Shown piece after piece: positions 53,352-63,861 of a stretch of DNA of 64,000 nt. Position numbers and translations under genes: made by a program. Origin of the DNA: Acidobacteriota bacterium (lineage in GTDB: Bacteria; Acidobacteriota; Blastocatellia; Pyrinomonadales; Pyrinomonadaceae); contig JBGTSR010000013.1 of NCBI GenBank assembly GCA_041940165.1, positions 94,797 to 158,796 of the forward strand, given 5' to 3'. The notes under the pieces are model-generated. The model saw only the letters and a program-made list of their open reading frames with translations. It was not told the DNA's origin and did not search any database. The first letter of the stretch is position 1. Each line of letters opens with the position of its first letter.

Positions 53352-55613
53352 ATGAACAGAGAGATCCTTTCCAACACTGTCAAAGGGATCGTTGTCCTCA
53401 TCGCCGCGATCTGCCTCGGCGTAGCTCTGGCCGAACTACCGGGCACCTCATTTACGTGGGGCTTTCTGGTCGTTATCGGTTTTGGTGCTTTGATCGCTCC
53501 GAGGATGAGCCTAACGCTTCCGCGATCCCGATTCGCGATCAGCTTTTCTGACGCGGCGGTTTTCCTTGCCTTCCTGATGTACGGAGGGCCGGCAGCGATC
53601 ATCGTTGCGGTGGTCGAGTCGGCCTCGAATTGTCTCTATCTGAGATCCCGAGGCTTTTACTTTGGCAAGTGGATGATCCCGACGAATGTCTCGATCAACA
53701 CCGTCGCAGTCGCAGCGACATGGGGGCTCTGGACACTCGCCTCCCCGCTGGTCACCGCACCGGTGAACTCGACACAACATATCGTTGCGACGGTGAGCAT
53801 GCTCGCCGTAGCACAGTTTTTCGTTTCTTCGATCATCGTTGCGATCATTGCGTGGGCCCGCAAAGGCACGAATCCATGGCAAACGTGGAAACACGATTGC
53901 TTCACGAGCTCGATGACGCAGATCGTCGGTGCGGGGCTTGCAGGGCTTGCGTTCAAACTTGTCAGCTACGCTGATTACGTCACCGGACTCATAGCGTTTA
54001 CCGCTCTGGTGATCGCCTATCTTAGCTATCGTCAATCCATCAACGAGGTAAACGATGCGATCCTGACAGCCGAATCCGCAGAGCGTGAAAAGGCCGAGGT
54101 CGAACGCGAGAAGGCCGAGGTCGAACGCGAACGCCGTCTTGAGGTAGAACGTCACGCCGGTCAGCTTGCTTCGAGCCTCGAAAAAGAGGAGAAAGCCAAC
54201 GAGGCCCTTCGAAAGAGCGAAAAAGACCTTCAGCACGCGGCTCTTCACGACCCGCTGACAAACCTGCCAAATCGAAAGCATTTCCACGACCGTTTGCGTT
54301 CCATGATCGACGCCTACAAGGCTGATCCGCGCAACACCTTCTACGTTCTGTTCCTTGACCTTCGTAAATTCAAGAACATCAACGATAGCCTCGGCCACGC
54401 GCTCGGCGACAAAGTTCTGATGATCGCGGCCAAGCGTTTCGTCCGCATGCTCAACGCGACGGACATGGTCGCCCGCATCGGCGGAGACGAATTCGCGGTC
54501 ATTCTCGGCGGCATCTCAAATATCGGTAAGGCGCAGAAGGTCGCACGGAGACTGCTCGACAATATCGCTCATCCGTTCTCGCTCAGCGGCAATAATGTCT
54601 CGATCAGTGTAAATATCGGTATTGCTCCTTGCGACACCGAGTATGAAAAGCCTGAAGAAGTGCTCCGCGACGCCGATATCGCGATGCATTATGCGAAGGA
54701 ATGGAACAGCGGCGTTGCCGTATTTACGAAAGAACTTCGCGAGCGGTTTCTCGAACGCGTCCGTTACGAGAACGACCTTCGCCATGCCCTCAACCGCAAG
54801 GAATTTTCGATGAGCTATCAACCGCTTATCGACATTCAGGACGGCTCGCTGATGGGATTTGAGGCATTGCTTCGTTGGCACCATAGTGAGTTCGGTAATA
54901 TTCCGCCTAACAAGTTCATTCCGATCGCGGAGGAATCCGGTCTGATCGTTCCGATAACGGTCTGGATACTCGAAGAGACCACGCGACAGCTTGCTTCGTG
55001 GCAAAAGATCAGTGCCGAATACCGCGACCTGATCGTCAGCGTCAATATTTCCGGAAAACACCTCTCGAACGACGATCTGATCGCCGACGTCGAGAATGCC
55101 TTGGCGATCTCAAAGATCGACCCATCGGCCCTGAAACTTGAGATCACGGAGAGCACGGCGATGGAAGACGCCGAGCATACGATCGATATGCTCAACCGTC
55201 TGAAGCTGCTCGGCATTCAGCTCAGCATCGACGATTTTGGTACCGGGTATTCGAGCCTCAGCTATCTGCACAGACTGCCGTTCGACACGCTCAAGATCGA
55301 TCGCTCATTCGTTTATAGCGTAGGCGAGAACGGCGAAGACTCCGAGATCCTGCAGACGATCATTTCCCTCGCCAAGAACCTTAAGAAGAAGGTAATTGCG
55401 GAAGGCATCGAGACCGAATCTCAGCTCAAACTGCTCCAGAATCTGGGTTGCGATTATGGCCAGGGGTACCTGCTCGCCCGGCCCGCGACGAAGGAAGCAA
55501 CAGAACGCTCGCTCTATGAGCGGAAGAAATGGCTTCCGGAAAACGAACTCATCGAGAACGAGAACCTCTCGGACGAAAAGATCCCCGAAAACCAAGAACT
55601 TCCCGTTTTTTGA
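53352..55613 (+). CDS. membrane sensor with GGDEF and EAL domains (c-di-GMP synthase/phosphodiesterase)
   Basis: About 6-7 N-terminal TM helices, a coiled coil, an intact RIGGDEF, an EAL domain with FEALLRW and DDFGTGYSSLSYL, and the ExE/KID motifs. Confidence 0.9.
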   Translation: MNREILSNTVKGIVVLIAAICLGVALAELPGTSFTWGFLVVIGFGALIAPRMSLTLPRSRFAISFSDAAVFLAFLMYGGPAAIIVAVVESASNCLYLRSRGFYFGKWMIPTNVSINTVAVAATWGLWTLASPLVTAPVNSTQHIVATVSMLAVAQFFVSSIIVAIIAWARKGTNPWQTWKHDCFTSSMTQIVGAGLAGLAFKLVSYADYVTGLIAFTALVIAYLSYRQSINEVNDAILTAESAEREKAEVEREKAEVERERRLEVERHAGQLASSLEKEEKANEALRKSEKDLQHAALHDPLTNLPNRKHFHDRLRSMIDAYKADPRNTFYVLFLDLRKFKNINDSLGHALGDKVLMIAAKRFVRMLNATDMVARIGGDEFAVILGGISNIGKAQKVARRLLDNIAHPFSLSGNNVSISVNIGIAPCDTEYEKPEEVLRDADIAMHYAKEWNSGVAVFTKELRERFLERVRYENDLRHALNRKEFSMSYQPLIDIQDGSLMGFEALLRWHHSEFGNIPPNKFIPIAEESGLIVPITVWILEETTRQLASWQKISAEYRDLIVSVNISGKHLSNDDLIADVENALAISKIDPSALKLEITESTAMEDAEHTIDMLNRLKLLGIQLSIDDFGTGYSSLSYLHRLPFDTLKIDRSFVYSVGENGEDSEILQTIISLAKNLKKKVIAEGIETESQLKLLQNLGCDYGQGYLLARPATKEATERSLYERKKWLPENELIENENLSDEKIPENQELPVF

Positions 55614-55693
55614 CGCGGGAAGCCGAGTTGGTCTTTTGAAACAACGCGAATATACTCTGTCTATCACTAATAGACAGGAGTTATCTACGCGCT

Positions 55694-57811
55694 ATGTTTA
55701 GAAAGACCTTTGCCGGCTTGGTGCTGCTCGCATTTGCGGTCGCCATTGTCCCGGCTCAAAAATACGATTATCCGAAAGCAAAACGAGGCGACGTCGTCGA
55801 TGACTACAACGGCGTGAAAGTCGCGGATCCGTACCGTTGGATGGAAGACACGGAGTCGTCCGACATGCGTTCATGGATCGACGCTCAGAATAAGCTCACG
55901 GACGCTTATCTGGCAACGATCCCACAGCGCGAACGTATTCGCAATCGGCTCACCGAACTTTGGAACTACGAACGTTACTCGGCACCGTCGAAGATCACTG
56001 AAGGCTTCTATATCTATTCCAAGAACGACGGCTTGCAGAATCAGAGTGTCTGGTACCGCGCGAATTCGATCAACGATCCGGGCAAGGTTTTCTTTGACCC
56101 GAACAAGCTGTCGACCGACGGGACTGCGGCACTGAGCGGCTCTTCGTTCACCGACGACGGGAAGCTTTGGGCGTACGGTGTTGCGATAGCCGGTTCGGAC
56201 CGGACATCGTGGCGAATCATGAACACGCAAACGGGCGAGTACCTTACGGACACGCTCTCGCCGAACCGCCAGGGCGGCGTCTCATGGCTAAAGGACAATT
56301 CGGGCTTCTTCTACAGCCGCTTCCCTGCTCCCGAATCAGGCGCTGAGCTAAAGGCAGCGAACAAGTTCCAAAAACTCTATTTCCACAAACTCGGAACGCC
56401 CCAATCAGAGGACTATGTCGTTTACGAACGTCCGGATGATGGCGAGCTCTTCGTTGGCGGCGGCGTCACCGAGGACGGCAACTGGCTGCTTATCTCCGTC
56501 GCGAAAGGCACCGAGCGGATGAATATGGTCTACGTCAAGAACCTGACGATGGAAAAGGCCCCGATCATGCCAGTGGTAACGGATCGCAAGTTCTCCTTCT
56601 CGCCGATCGGGAATGACGGTTCTGTCTTCTATTTCCGCACCGATAAAGACGCTCCGCGGGGCAAGGTTGTAAAGGTCGATGTACTCGCCCCCAACAAAGG
56701 CTGGGAAGACGTGATCCCCGAGACCGAAGACACGCTCAACGGCGTTTCGTTCATCAATGATCAGTTCGTCCTTAACTACATGAAGGACGCGGCAACACGC
56801 ATCAAGATCCACGACATGAACGGAAAATGGGTGCGTGACGTCGAACTCCCGGGAATCGGTTCCGCGGGCGGTTTTGGCGGCCGGCGTACTGATAGCGAGA
56901 CATTCTATACGTACAGCAGTTACAACGAGCCACCGACGATCTATCGCTACGATATGAAGACGGGCAAGAGCACACTTTTCCGCCGTGCAGGTGCGAAGGT
57001 CGATCCGTCGCAGTTCGTCGTAAAGCAGGTTTTCTACAATAGCAAGGACGGCACGCGTGTGCCGATGTTCATCTCGCACAAGAAGGGCCTTAAGCTCGAC
57101 GGCTCGAATCCGACGATCCTCTATGGCTACGGCGGTTTCAACATCTCGCAGACGCCTGGATTTTCGGTCTCTCGCATCGCGTGGATGGAGATGGGCGGCA
57201 TCTATGCCGTTGCTAATATCCGCGGTGGTGCCGAATACGGCAAGTCTTGGTGGCAGGGCGGCTCGCGGCTTAACAAGCAGAACACGTTTGACGATTTTGC
57301 CTGGGCCGGTAAATACCTTATCGAGCAGAAATACACGTCAACGCCGAAACTCGCCATCCAGGGCGGTTCGAACGGCGGACTTCTGGTCGGAGCCGTTCTC
57401 AACCAGCATCCAGAGCTTTTCGGTGCGGCATTGCCGGCAGTCGGCGTGATGGATATGCTGCGCTTCACCGAATTTACGGTCGGTGCCGCGTGGAAGTCCG
57501 ATTATGGTGATCCAAAGGTTCCGGCTGACTTCAACGCATTGCTCGCGTATTCGCCGCTTCACAACGCAAAGCCCGGAACAGAATACCCGGCAACGCTGGT
57601 GACAACGGCCGACCACGACGACCGCGTATTCCCGGCACACAGCTTCAAATACACGGCCGCGATGCAGCACGCTCAAGCTGGCGACGACCCGATCCTGATC
57701 CGCATCGAGACCAAGGCTGGCCACGGCGCAGGCAAACCGACTTCGAAACAGATCGAAGAACTCGCCGATATTTACGGATTTCTCGTTAAATCTCTGGGAA
57801 TGAAGTACTAA
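55694..57811 (+). CDS. prolyl oligopeptidase (S9A family)
   Basis: Signal peptide, an N-terminal beta-propeller region, the nucleophile motif GGSNGGLL, and DHDDRV plus a C-terminal His region. Confidence 0.9.
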   Translation: MFRKTFAGLVLLAFAVAIVPAQKYDYPKAKRGDVVDDYNGVKVADPYRWMEDTESSDMRSWIDAQNKLTDAYLATIPQRERIRNRLTELWNYERYSAPSKITEGFYIYSKNDGLQNQSVWYRANSINDPGKVFFDPNKLSTDGTAALSGSSFTDDGKLWAYGVAIAGSDRTSWRIMNTQTGEYLTDTLSPNRQGGVSWLKDNSGFFYSRFPAPESGAELKAANKFQKLYFHKLGTPQSEDYVVYERPDDGELFVGGGVTEDGNWLLISVAKGTERMNMVYVKNLTMEKAPIMPVVTDRKFSFSPIGNDGSVFYFRTDKDAPRGKVVKVDVLAPNKGWEDVIPETEDTLNGVSFINDQFVLNYMKDAATRIKIHDMNGKWVRDVELPGIGSAGGFGGRRTDSETFYTYSSYNEPPTIYRYDMKTGKSTLFRRAGAKVDPSQFVVKQVFYNSKDGTRVPMFISHKKGLKLDGSNPTILYGYGGFNISQTPGFSVSRIAWMEMGGIYAVANIRGGAEYGKSWWQGGSRLNKQNTFDDFAWAGKYLIEQKYTSTPKLAIQGGSNGGLLVGAVLNQHPELFGAALPAVGVMDMLRFTEFTVGAAWKSDYGDPKVPADFNALLAYSPLHNAKPGTEYPATLVTTADHDDRVFPAHSFKYTAAMQHAQAGDDPILIRIETKAGHGAGKPTSKQIEELADIYGFLVKSLGMKY

Positions 57812-57832
57812 GCGGTAGGACGAGAAAACAAT

Positions 57833-57870
57833 TAGGGCCGGCGACGGATCGATTCCGTTTGCCGGCCCTA
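57833..57870. terminator. bidirectional hairpin terminator between convergent genes
   Basis: TAGGGCCGGC...GCCGGCCCTA, a perfect 10-bp GC-rich stem. Confidence 0.65.
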
Positions 57871-57875
57871 ACTTT

Positions 57876-58334
57876 CTACTGGATCTCGTCCGCCATCAGG
57901 AGGCCAAAATACGTGACGCGTTCGCCGGTGTGGTGGTGCAATATCTCGGCAGCTTTCTCTTTCTCACCCTTCTTTTCGACCTTGACCATGATGATGCAGT
58001 CGCCGTCCTGTAGGTGTTTTTCGTAACGCTCGAGGTAGATGCGCGGCGGCCCCACATGACGGGCCGCGTGAACGAACTGTTCCCATACGCCGGGGCTCGT
58101 ACCCTCGTACTTTTGAGCGGTCGCCGCTGCTCCGCCCCAGCCGCAGAACGCTTCGATATTGCTCTCGTCGAACCCGTTTGCAGTCAGTTCATTCACCGCT
58201 GCGATCACCGCGTCAGAATCGGTGAATATGCTTACGACCTTGTATAGCGGATACGCTATCACCTCATCGGTCGCGACCGCGATATCCTTAGAAGCACTAT
58301 CTTCTGCAGCCTTGTCTTTTTCTTCCGTGATCAT
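57876..58334 (-). CDS. hypothetical protein (152 aa)
   Basis: Start set at ATG 58334 (MITEEKDK...), preceded by an AAGGAG RBS. No motif recognised. Confidence 0.55.
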   Translation of the reverse strand: MITEEKDKAAEDSASKDIAVATDEVIAYPLYKVVSIFTDSDAVIAAVNELTANGFDESNIEAFCGWGGAAATAQKYEGTSPGVWEQFVHAARHVGPPRIYLERYEKHLQDGDCIIMVKVEKKGEKEKAAEILHHHTGERVTYFGLLMADEIQ

Positions 58335-58414
58335 CTTAGGGTCTCCTTTGTATTTTTCATCTAGCATACACCAAGATGTTCACCCCGACTTATTAGCACG
58401 GTCTGCATTCCGCA

Positions 58415-60664
58415 TTACATTAGATCGACGGGGTCTATCTCGACGAAAACAGTGCGCATGTCGCAGCCGTTCTCTTCCGCCTCGAGTAGCGCGATGTCCA
58501 GTGCTTCGCGAAGGATCTTTCGCGAGATCCCTTTGACGATGATCTGCCGGCGGTGTTCGTTCTTTAGAAATGCGATCGACGCGGGTGCCGGACCGAGAAT
58601 ACGGATATCGCGTCCTTGGCGAGCGGAATCTAGCGCTTTGCGCAGTATCGCGGCCATTCGATTGACGTACTGCGGGTCGCGATGCTTCAGCATTATAGAA
58701 GCAAGCACGTAAAACGGCGGATAGTTGAGCCGTTGGCGGTATTTTAGCTCCTTCTCGTAAAAGCCCGCGTAGTCCTGCTCTTTGGCAAAGGTTAGTGCGT
58801 AGTGATCGGGATAATAAGTCTGGATCAACACGCGCCCGGGCCGATCGCCACGCCCGGCACGCCCGGCAACCTGCGTGATCAGCTGAAATGTGCGTTCCGC
58901 CGAACGCAGATCCGGTAGGCCGAGCCCGATGTCGACGGAAACCACGCCGACCAGCGTTACATTCGGAAAATCATGCCCTTTTGCGATCATCTGCGTACCG
59001 ACTAGCATGTCGATCTCGCCGCGATCGAACCGGGCCAGGACCTCGTCGATCTCACCCTTGTTCGACATCGTGTCGCGATCGACGCGGGCGATCCGCATTT
59101 GCGCGAATTTCTTGGTGAGCTGGTCAGTTATGTTCTCGGTGCCTTCGCCAACGAAGTAGAGGTATTCGCTTTCGCATTTCGGGCAGGTCTTCGGGACGCC
59201 CTCGCGATAGCCGCAGTAGTGGCAAAGCATTCGGTTATCACGACGGTGAAAGGTAAGCGTGATGTCGCAATTCTTGCATTTGAGCGTTTCGCCGCACGAA
59301 CGGCAGAGCACAAACTGCGAAAATCCCCTGCGATTGAGCAAGACGATCACTTGTTCACCGCGAGCGTGCGTTGCCGCGATCTCGTCCAGCAACTCCGGTG
59401 ACAGCGGTACGTCCTTGCCAAGCCGCTTAAAAACGTCGCGCATATCGACGAGTTCGGCTTTTGCGAGTGGCCGTCCGCCGATACGTTCGGGCAGGCTGAG
59501 GTATGAATACTTGCCTGTCTGCGAATTGTAGAACGATTCCATTGCAGGCGTAGCCGAGCCGAGCACCGCGACCGCTCCGGCGAATGAAGCACGCATAACC
59601 GCGACATCTCGGGCGTGGTAAAAGGGCGATTCGTGCTGCCGATACGACGGATCGTGCTCTTCGTCAACGATGATCAGGCCGATATTCTCGAGCGGTGCGA
59701 AGACCGCAGAACGAGTGCCGATCACGACGCGGGCCTCGCCGCTGCGAATGCGACGCCACTCATCGAAACGCTCGCCGGACGAGAGATTTGAGTGAAGGAT
59801 CGCTACATCCGCTCCGAAAACACTTTTCAACCGCCTCGAAAAGACCGGCGTCAGAGCGATCTCGGGTACGAGCATCAATGCCGAGCGTCCCGCCGAAAGG
59901 GTGTGGCTCATCGCCCGAATGTAAACCTCGGTCTTGCCGCTGCCCGTAACTCCGTGAAGGAGGAACGACGAGAAGTTCCCGCCGTCGATCGCCTCTGTTA
60001 TCGAATTCAAGACATTTTGCTGTCCACCCGTAAGCTCAAATTCCCTGTTCGTCGGAATTGTCGCACCCGCAAGGGGATCGCGCCGCTGGTCCTGAACGTA
60101 GATCTCGAGCACGGCTTTTTTTTCCAAGGTTCGAAGCGGCGATGCGGTACAGGCTGCCGTTTCGAGCAGTTCTGTGAACAGCATCTCGCGGCCGTTTGCA
60201 CCGAGGATCTCGACAATTTTCTTCTGTTGTTCAGTAAGTTCGAAACCGTCCGGTATCGCCAATAGACGCACCGCTTTTCGCCGTTTTGGACGAACTCGCT
60301 CGGAGTTTATGCCCGCGGGAAGCGAGGCCTTCAGCATCTCGCCCCAGAATGACGAATAATAATCGGCGGCCCACTGGGTGAGCCGCAGGATCTCGGGCGT
60401 GATCAGCGGTTCGTCGTCCAAAAGCTCGATCGCGGTCTTTATTTTCGACTCGTCGACATCCGCTTCGTCCGGAATTCCAACAGACAGTCCGACCGCGTAT
60501 CCGACCAGGTCGCGCCGCCCGAACGGCAGTCGCAACCTCGCCCCAAGCCTGACTTTTCCGCGTATATCGTCCGGCAATCGATATGTAAATACACGCCTCA
60601 GCGGCACGGGAAGTGCGGCTTCGACGTAGCTTGGAAGTTGGGGATCGGCGTCGAGCGAGGACAT
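58415..60664 (-). CDS. priA: primosomal protein N' (replication restart helicase PriA)
   Basis: Walker A GVTGSGKTEVY, DEEH box, the Cys-rich zinc-binding insert (CRSCGETLKCKNCD...CHYCGY...CPKC), and length 749 aa. Confidence 0.9.
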   Translation of the reverse strand: MSSLDADPQLPSYVEAALPVPLRRVFTYRLPDDIRGKVRLGARLRLPFGRRDLVGYAVGLSVGIPDEADVDESKIKTAIELLDDEPLITPEILRLTQWAADYYSSFWGEMLKASLPAGINSERVRPKRRKAVRLLAIPDGFELTEQQKKIVEILGANGREMLFTELLETAACTASPLRTLEKKAVLEIYVQDQRRDPLAGATIPTNREFELTGGQQNVLNSITEAIDGGNFSSFLLHGVTGSGKTEVYIRAMSHTLSAGRSALMLVPEIALTPVFSRRLKSVFGADVAILHSNLSSGERFDEWRRIRSGEARVVIGTRSAVFAPLENIGLIIVDEEHDPSYRQHESPFYHARDVAVMRASFAGAVAVLGSATPAMESFYNSQTGKYSYLSLPERIGGRPLAKAELVDMRDVFKRLGKDVPLSPELLDEIAATHARGEQVIVLLNRRGFSQFVLCRSCGETLKCKNCDITLTFHRRDNRMLCHYCGYREGVPKTCPKCESEYLYFVGEGTENITDQLTKKFAQMRIARVDRDTMSNKGEIDEVLARFDRGEIDMLVGTQMIAKGHDFPNVTLVGVVSVDIGLGLPDLRSAERTFQLITQVAGRAGRGDRPGRVLIQTYYPDHYALTFAKEQDYAGFYEKELKYRQRLNYPPFYVLASIMLKHRDPQYVNRMAAILRKALDSARQGRDIRILGPAPASIAFLKNEHRRQIIVKGISRKILREALDIALLEAEENGCDMRTVFVEIDPVDLM

Positions 60665-60725
60665 CTATGCGTCTTTTGCTCAAGAATGATAACCTATTGG
60701 CACCGCACTGCGGAACGCAGCCTTT

Positions 60726-61235
60726 ATGGTCGATATTTTTAAGCCTGAAGAAAAGAAAAGTGGTCCTAACACGACCCTTATTGTCGGCGTTCTCATTGGC
60801 CTGGTCGCGATCGGCGCCGCGATCGGCTTGCTAATGCTCCAGCCATCGTCCGAGGAGCAGGTCGCAAATATGCTCGCGGGCGTCTATCGTGAAGGCTCGC
60901 CCGAATTCGATCAATATCAAAAGGACATCGTCATTTCGACGTCAAACGATACCGTGCAGTCGCCGACCGGCCTCGGCACGATCTCGATGTTTATCAAAGG
61001 CCAAATACGTAATCGCGGCCAGCGGACTTACGACGCCCTCGAGGTTAATGTCGCCGTCGTCACGCAATTCAACGTCGTTCTGAGAGAGCGACGAGTCCTG
61101 GTCGTACCCGTCCAACGTTCGACAATCGGCCCTGGCGAGACGATTCCGATCACGCTTTCGCTCGAAGGTTTTTCGCCCGAAGACGACCGTGCCAACATCC
61201 GCTGGAAAGTGACAGCGATCAAACCCGTTTCTTAA
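60726..61235 (+). CDS. hypothetical membrane-anchored protein
   Basis: Single N-terminal TM helix (LIVGVLIGLVAIGAAIGLLML) followed by a beta-rich ectodomain. No motif recognised. Confidence 0.55.
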   Translation: MVDIFKPEEKKSGPNTTLIVGVLIGLVAIGAAIGLLMLQPSSEEQVANMLAGVYREGSPEFDQYQKDIVISTSNDTVQSPTGLGTISMFIKGQIRNRGQRTYDALEVNVAVVTQFNVVLRERRVLVVPVQRSTIGPGETIPITLSLEGFSPEDDRANIRWKVTAIKPVS

Positions 61236-62908
61236 TCAAACGAGACTTTCGTTCCAAGGTCCGGATTGAAGAATCGCTGCCGTGAGTCCGCTCGCTTTGC
61301 CTTTAGCAGCGAAGGAAAACGCGCCGACTCTCGCAATTCTTCCGGGTACTCAAGCAGATCGAGCAAGGTCGGGAAGATATTTCCGTGCGACGCTCGGTAG
61401 TTAACATCCGGTTTTGCTTCGATGTCTCCGATGATGAACAGCGGCACGGTAGCCTCCGCTTTCGTATTGCCGCCGTGCGAGGAACGGCCATTTGCGAATA
61501 GCGTCTGGCCGTGGTCGCCGGTATACAGCACAACGGTGCCGTTCGGGATCGCCGAGTAATCGTCGATCAGTGCTTCGAAGAACGAATTTACGTTGTAGCG
61601 GATCGAATTGTCATAGGCGTTCACGACTCCTGGCAGCTGATCGCCCGACGGAATATCAAATTTTCCGGCACTGACATACGCCGGCTGCCACACGGCTCGA
61701 TCCAGCGGATAGTTTATGTGATACGGAATGTGCGAACCGTGCTTGAAGACCATTATGAAATTCCCGCTCGATGAATTTACGATCGCCTTCACCTTTCTGG
61801 CGAGCATCTCATCGACCTGCCACGTCTCATAGCGAAGGCCGTCGGTTATGTCTATAATTCCCTGCCACGAATCGATGTAATTGCGGTCGTCGGCATTCGC
61901 TCCCCAATAGCCGTTCATCTGCCCGTCGAGGAAGTAGGTCGTATAGCCCATTGCCTTGGCGAACTGAAAGACCGTAGGAAACGTGTTCACCTTGAATTCC
62001 GTCCGGTCCGGAAAATCATCCGGGCCCAAACCAGTTATCAGCGCGTTGTAGGTAAACCGGCTGCCTGTTGATGCCGCCGCGGCGATGCCCCAGTTGTGCA
62101 GAATTTCGCGCGAAGCCAGGTCGTCGAGGAACGGCGTCGTCTTTCGGGCGTATCCATTCAGGCTGAAATGATCGCCCATGACCGACTCGTCAATGACAAC
62201 TACGATGTTTCGCTGAGGCTTATGATCGGCCGGCAATTCGGGCTTGCGGACGGCTCGTCGCGGGGCCTTCCCGGCACCCAAGGCCGACGGATCCGCAGCT
62301 TGTTTCAGGGGGCCGTAAACGAAAAGGTCCGTCGAGGTACGAAAGAACGCCGCAGTCGCGAAGGTCGGGAATTTCTGCTCGGCGACAAACGGAATGACCG
62401 TGAAGGCCACGATCATCGATCCGGTCGCGAATGCAAAATGCCTGAATCCCTGGCGCTTCTCGGCCTTCGCGAACAATAGCACCGCGATCACAGCCGCGAT
62501 CGGAAAAAGAGCGAGCGGATTGATGTACATCAGGACCGACGCGATCTGCTGATCCGGCGTCGCTGCGACCGCTGTCTCAAAATCGACCTTGTCGGTAAAA
62601 CGTCCGAGAGCTTTTTGGTACCCGTATTCGATTACTAATGAGAGTGCCAGGACGGTCAGCCCGACAATGCGCCACATCAATGACGCCGCAACGAGAAACC
62701 TCACGAACCGGAAGAATAGCCAGTATGAGATCCCAAGACAGATAAGAGCGAGGCCAATAAAAACGACGGGCTCTTCATCGATCAGATACAGGAAATAATT
62801 GGCGTGATCTACGCCGACGATGTAGGCCTCAAACACGAACAATCCGAGGGCAAGGCTGGCGGCAAGCCAGCCAAGGGCTCGGTTGCTCAATGTCTTCGGT
62901 TTGATCAT
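61232..62908 (-). CDS. sulfatase-family phosphoethanolamine-transferase-like membrane protein (EptA/LptA-like)
   Basis: About 5 N-terminal TM helices, then a sulfatase-fold domain with NIVVVIDESVMGDHFSLNGY and YTGDHGQ. Confidence 0.75.
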   Translation of the reverse strand: MIKPKTLSNRALGWLAASLALGLFVFEAYIVGVDHANYFLYLIDEEPVVFIGLALICLGISYWLFFRFVRFLVAASLMWRIVGLTVLALSLVIEYGYQKALGRFTDKVDFETAVAATPDQQIASVLMYINPLALFPIAAVIAVLLFAKAEKRQGFRHFAFATGSMIVAFTVIPFVAEQKFPTFATAAFFRTSTDLFVYGPLKQAADPSALGAGKAPRRAVRKPELPADHKPQRNIVVVIDESVMGDHFSLNGYARKTTPFLDDLASREILHNWGIAAAASTGSRFTYNALITGLGPDDFPDRTEFKVNTFPTVFQFAKAMGYTTYFLDGQMNGYWGANADDRNYIDSWQGIIDITDGLRYETWQVDEMLARKVKAIVNSSSGNFIMVFKHGSHIPYHINYPLDRAVWQPAYVSAGKFDIPSGDQLPGVVNAYDNSIRYNVNSFFEALIDDYSAIPNGTVVLYTGDHGQTLFANGRSSHGGNTKAEATVPLFIIGDIEAKPDVNYRASHGNIFPTLLDLLEYPEELRESARFPSLLKAKRADSRQRFFNPDLGTKVSFD

Positions 62909-62923
62909 GTAGAGGCTGAGGGC

Positions 62924-63859
62924 TCAACCTTCGCGAACGAAAAGGTCTTCGAGCGATTGTTTGACGGGCTGGACCGAGGCGAGGCGGCCGCCGGCACGGC
63001 GAGTTATGGCGAGCACGGCGTCGATATCGGCTTCATCGGCGACCTGTATCAGGGCACCGTTCGGTTTGGCTGAGATCTCGGCACCGGCGATGAATTCGAC
63101 GTCGTCGCGAATCGCTTCGGCAGAAACTCCCTCGACGTTGATCTCCATCACGCGAGTTCCTTCCACCTGGGTCAGCAGCTCGCTGAGATTGCCCGAGGCA
63201 GTGAGTCTGCCGCCGCGAAGGATAGCGACCTCGTCACACAGCGATTCGATATCCGATAGAATATGCGTCGACATAAAGACGGTCACGCCTTTATGTCGCA
63301 GCCCGGCGATAAGTTCGCGTATCTCGCGACGTCCGACGGGGTCGAGGCCGCTCATCGGTTCATCGAGGAACACGGCTTCAGGGTCGTTGATCAGTGTTTG
63401 TGCGAGTCCGACCCGCTGCAGCATTCCTTTCGAATACTTCCGAAGCTGTTTCTTCCAGTCTTTTTCCTCGAGGCCTGTCACGGCTAGAAGTTCCTCCGAC
63501 TTCTTCCGCCGTGTCGCGGCATCGTGGCCGAATATCCGCCCGAACAGATCCATCAGTTCGAGCGCGGTCAGATAATCGTAGAAATACGGATTCTCGGGAC
63601 AATATCCGATCCGCCGGTGCATGCTGACGTCCGAGATGTCGTGACCGAGGATCTTCGCCGAACCCGCCGTTGGGAACTGCAGCCTCATCAACGTTTTGAT
63701 CGTCGTCGTTTTGCCGGCCCCGTTGCCGCCCAGGAATCCGAAGATCTGTCCGGACTTTACCTGCAGATCGAGTCCGTCGAGTCCGCGCACTCGTTTCTTT
63801 CGCCAAAAGCCAGTGACGTAGTCCTTCGTGAGTCCGTTTATCTCGATCGCGTATTCCAT
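62924..63859 (-). CDS. ABC transporter ATP-binding protein
   Basis: Walker A GGNGAGKTT, signature-like YSKGMLQR, and Walker B VFLDEPMSGLD. Confidence 0.9.
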   Translation of the reverse strand: MEYAIEINGLTKDYVTGFWRKKRVRGLDGLDLQVKSGQIFGFLGGNGAGKTTTIKTLMRLQFPTAGSAKILGHDISDVSMHRRIGYCPENPYFYDYLTALELMDLFGRIFGHDAATRRKKSEELLAVTGLEEKDWKKQLRKYSKGMLQRVGLAQTLINDPEAVFLDEPMSGLDPVGRREIRELIAGLRHKGVTVFMSTHILSDIESLCDEVAILRGGRLTASGNLSELLTQVEGTRVMEINVEGVSAEAIRDDVEFIAGAEISAKPNGALIQVADEADIDAVLAITRRAGGRLASVQPVKQSLEDLFVREG

Positions 63860-63861
63860 TC

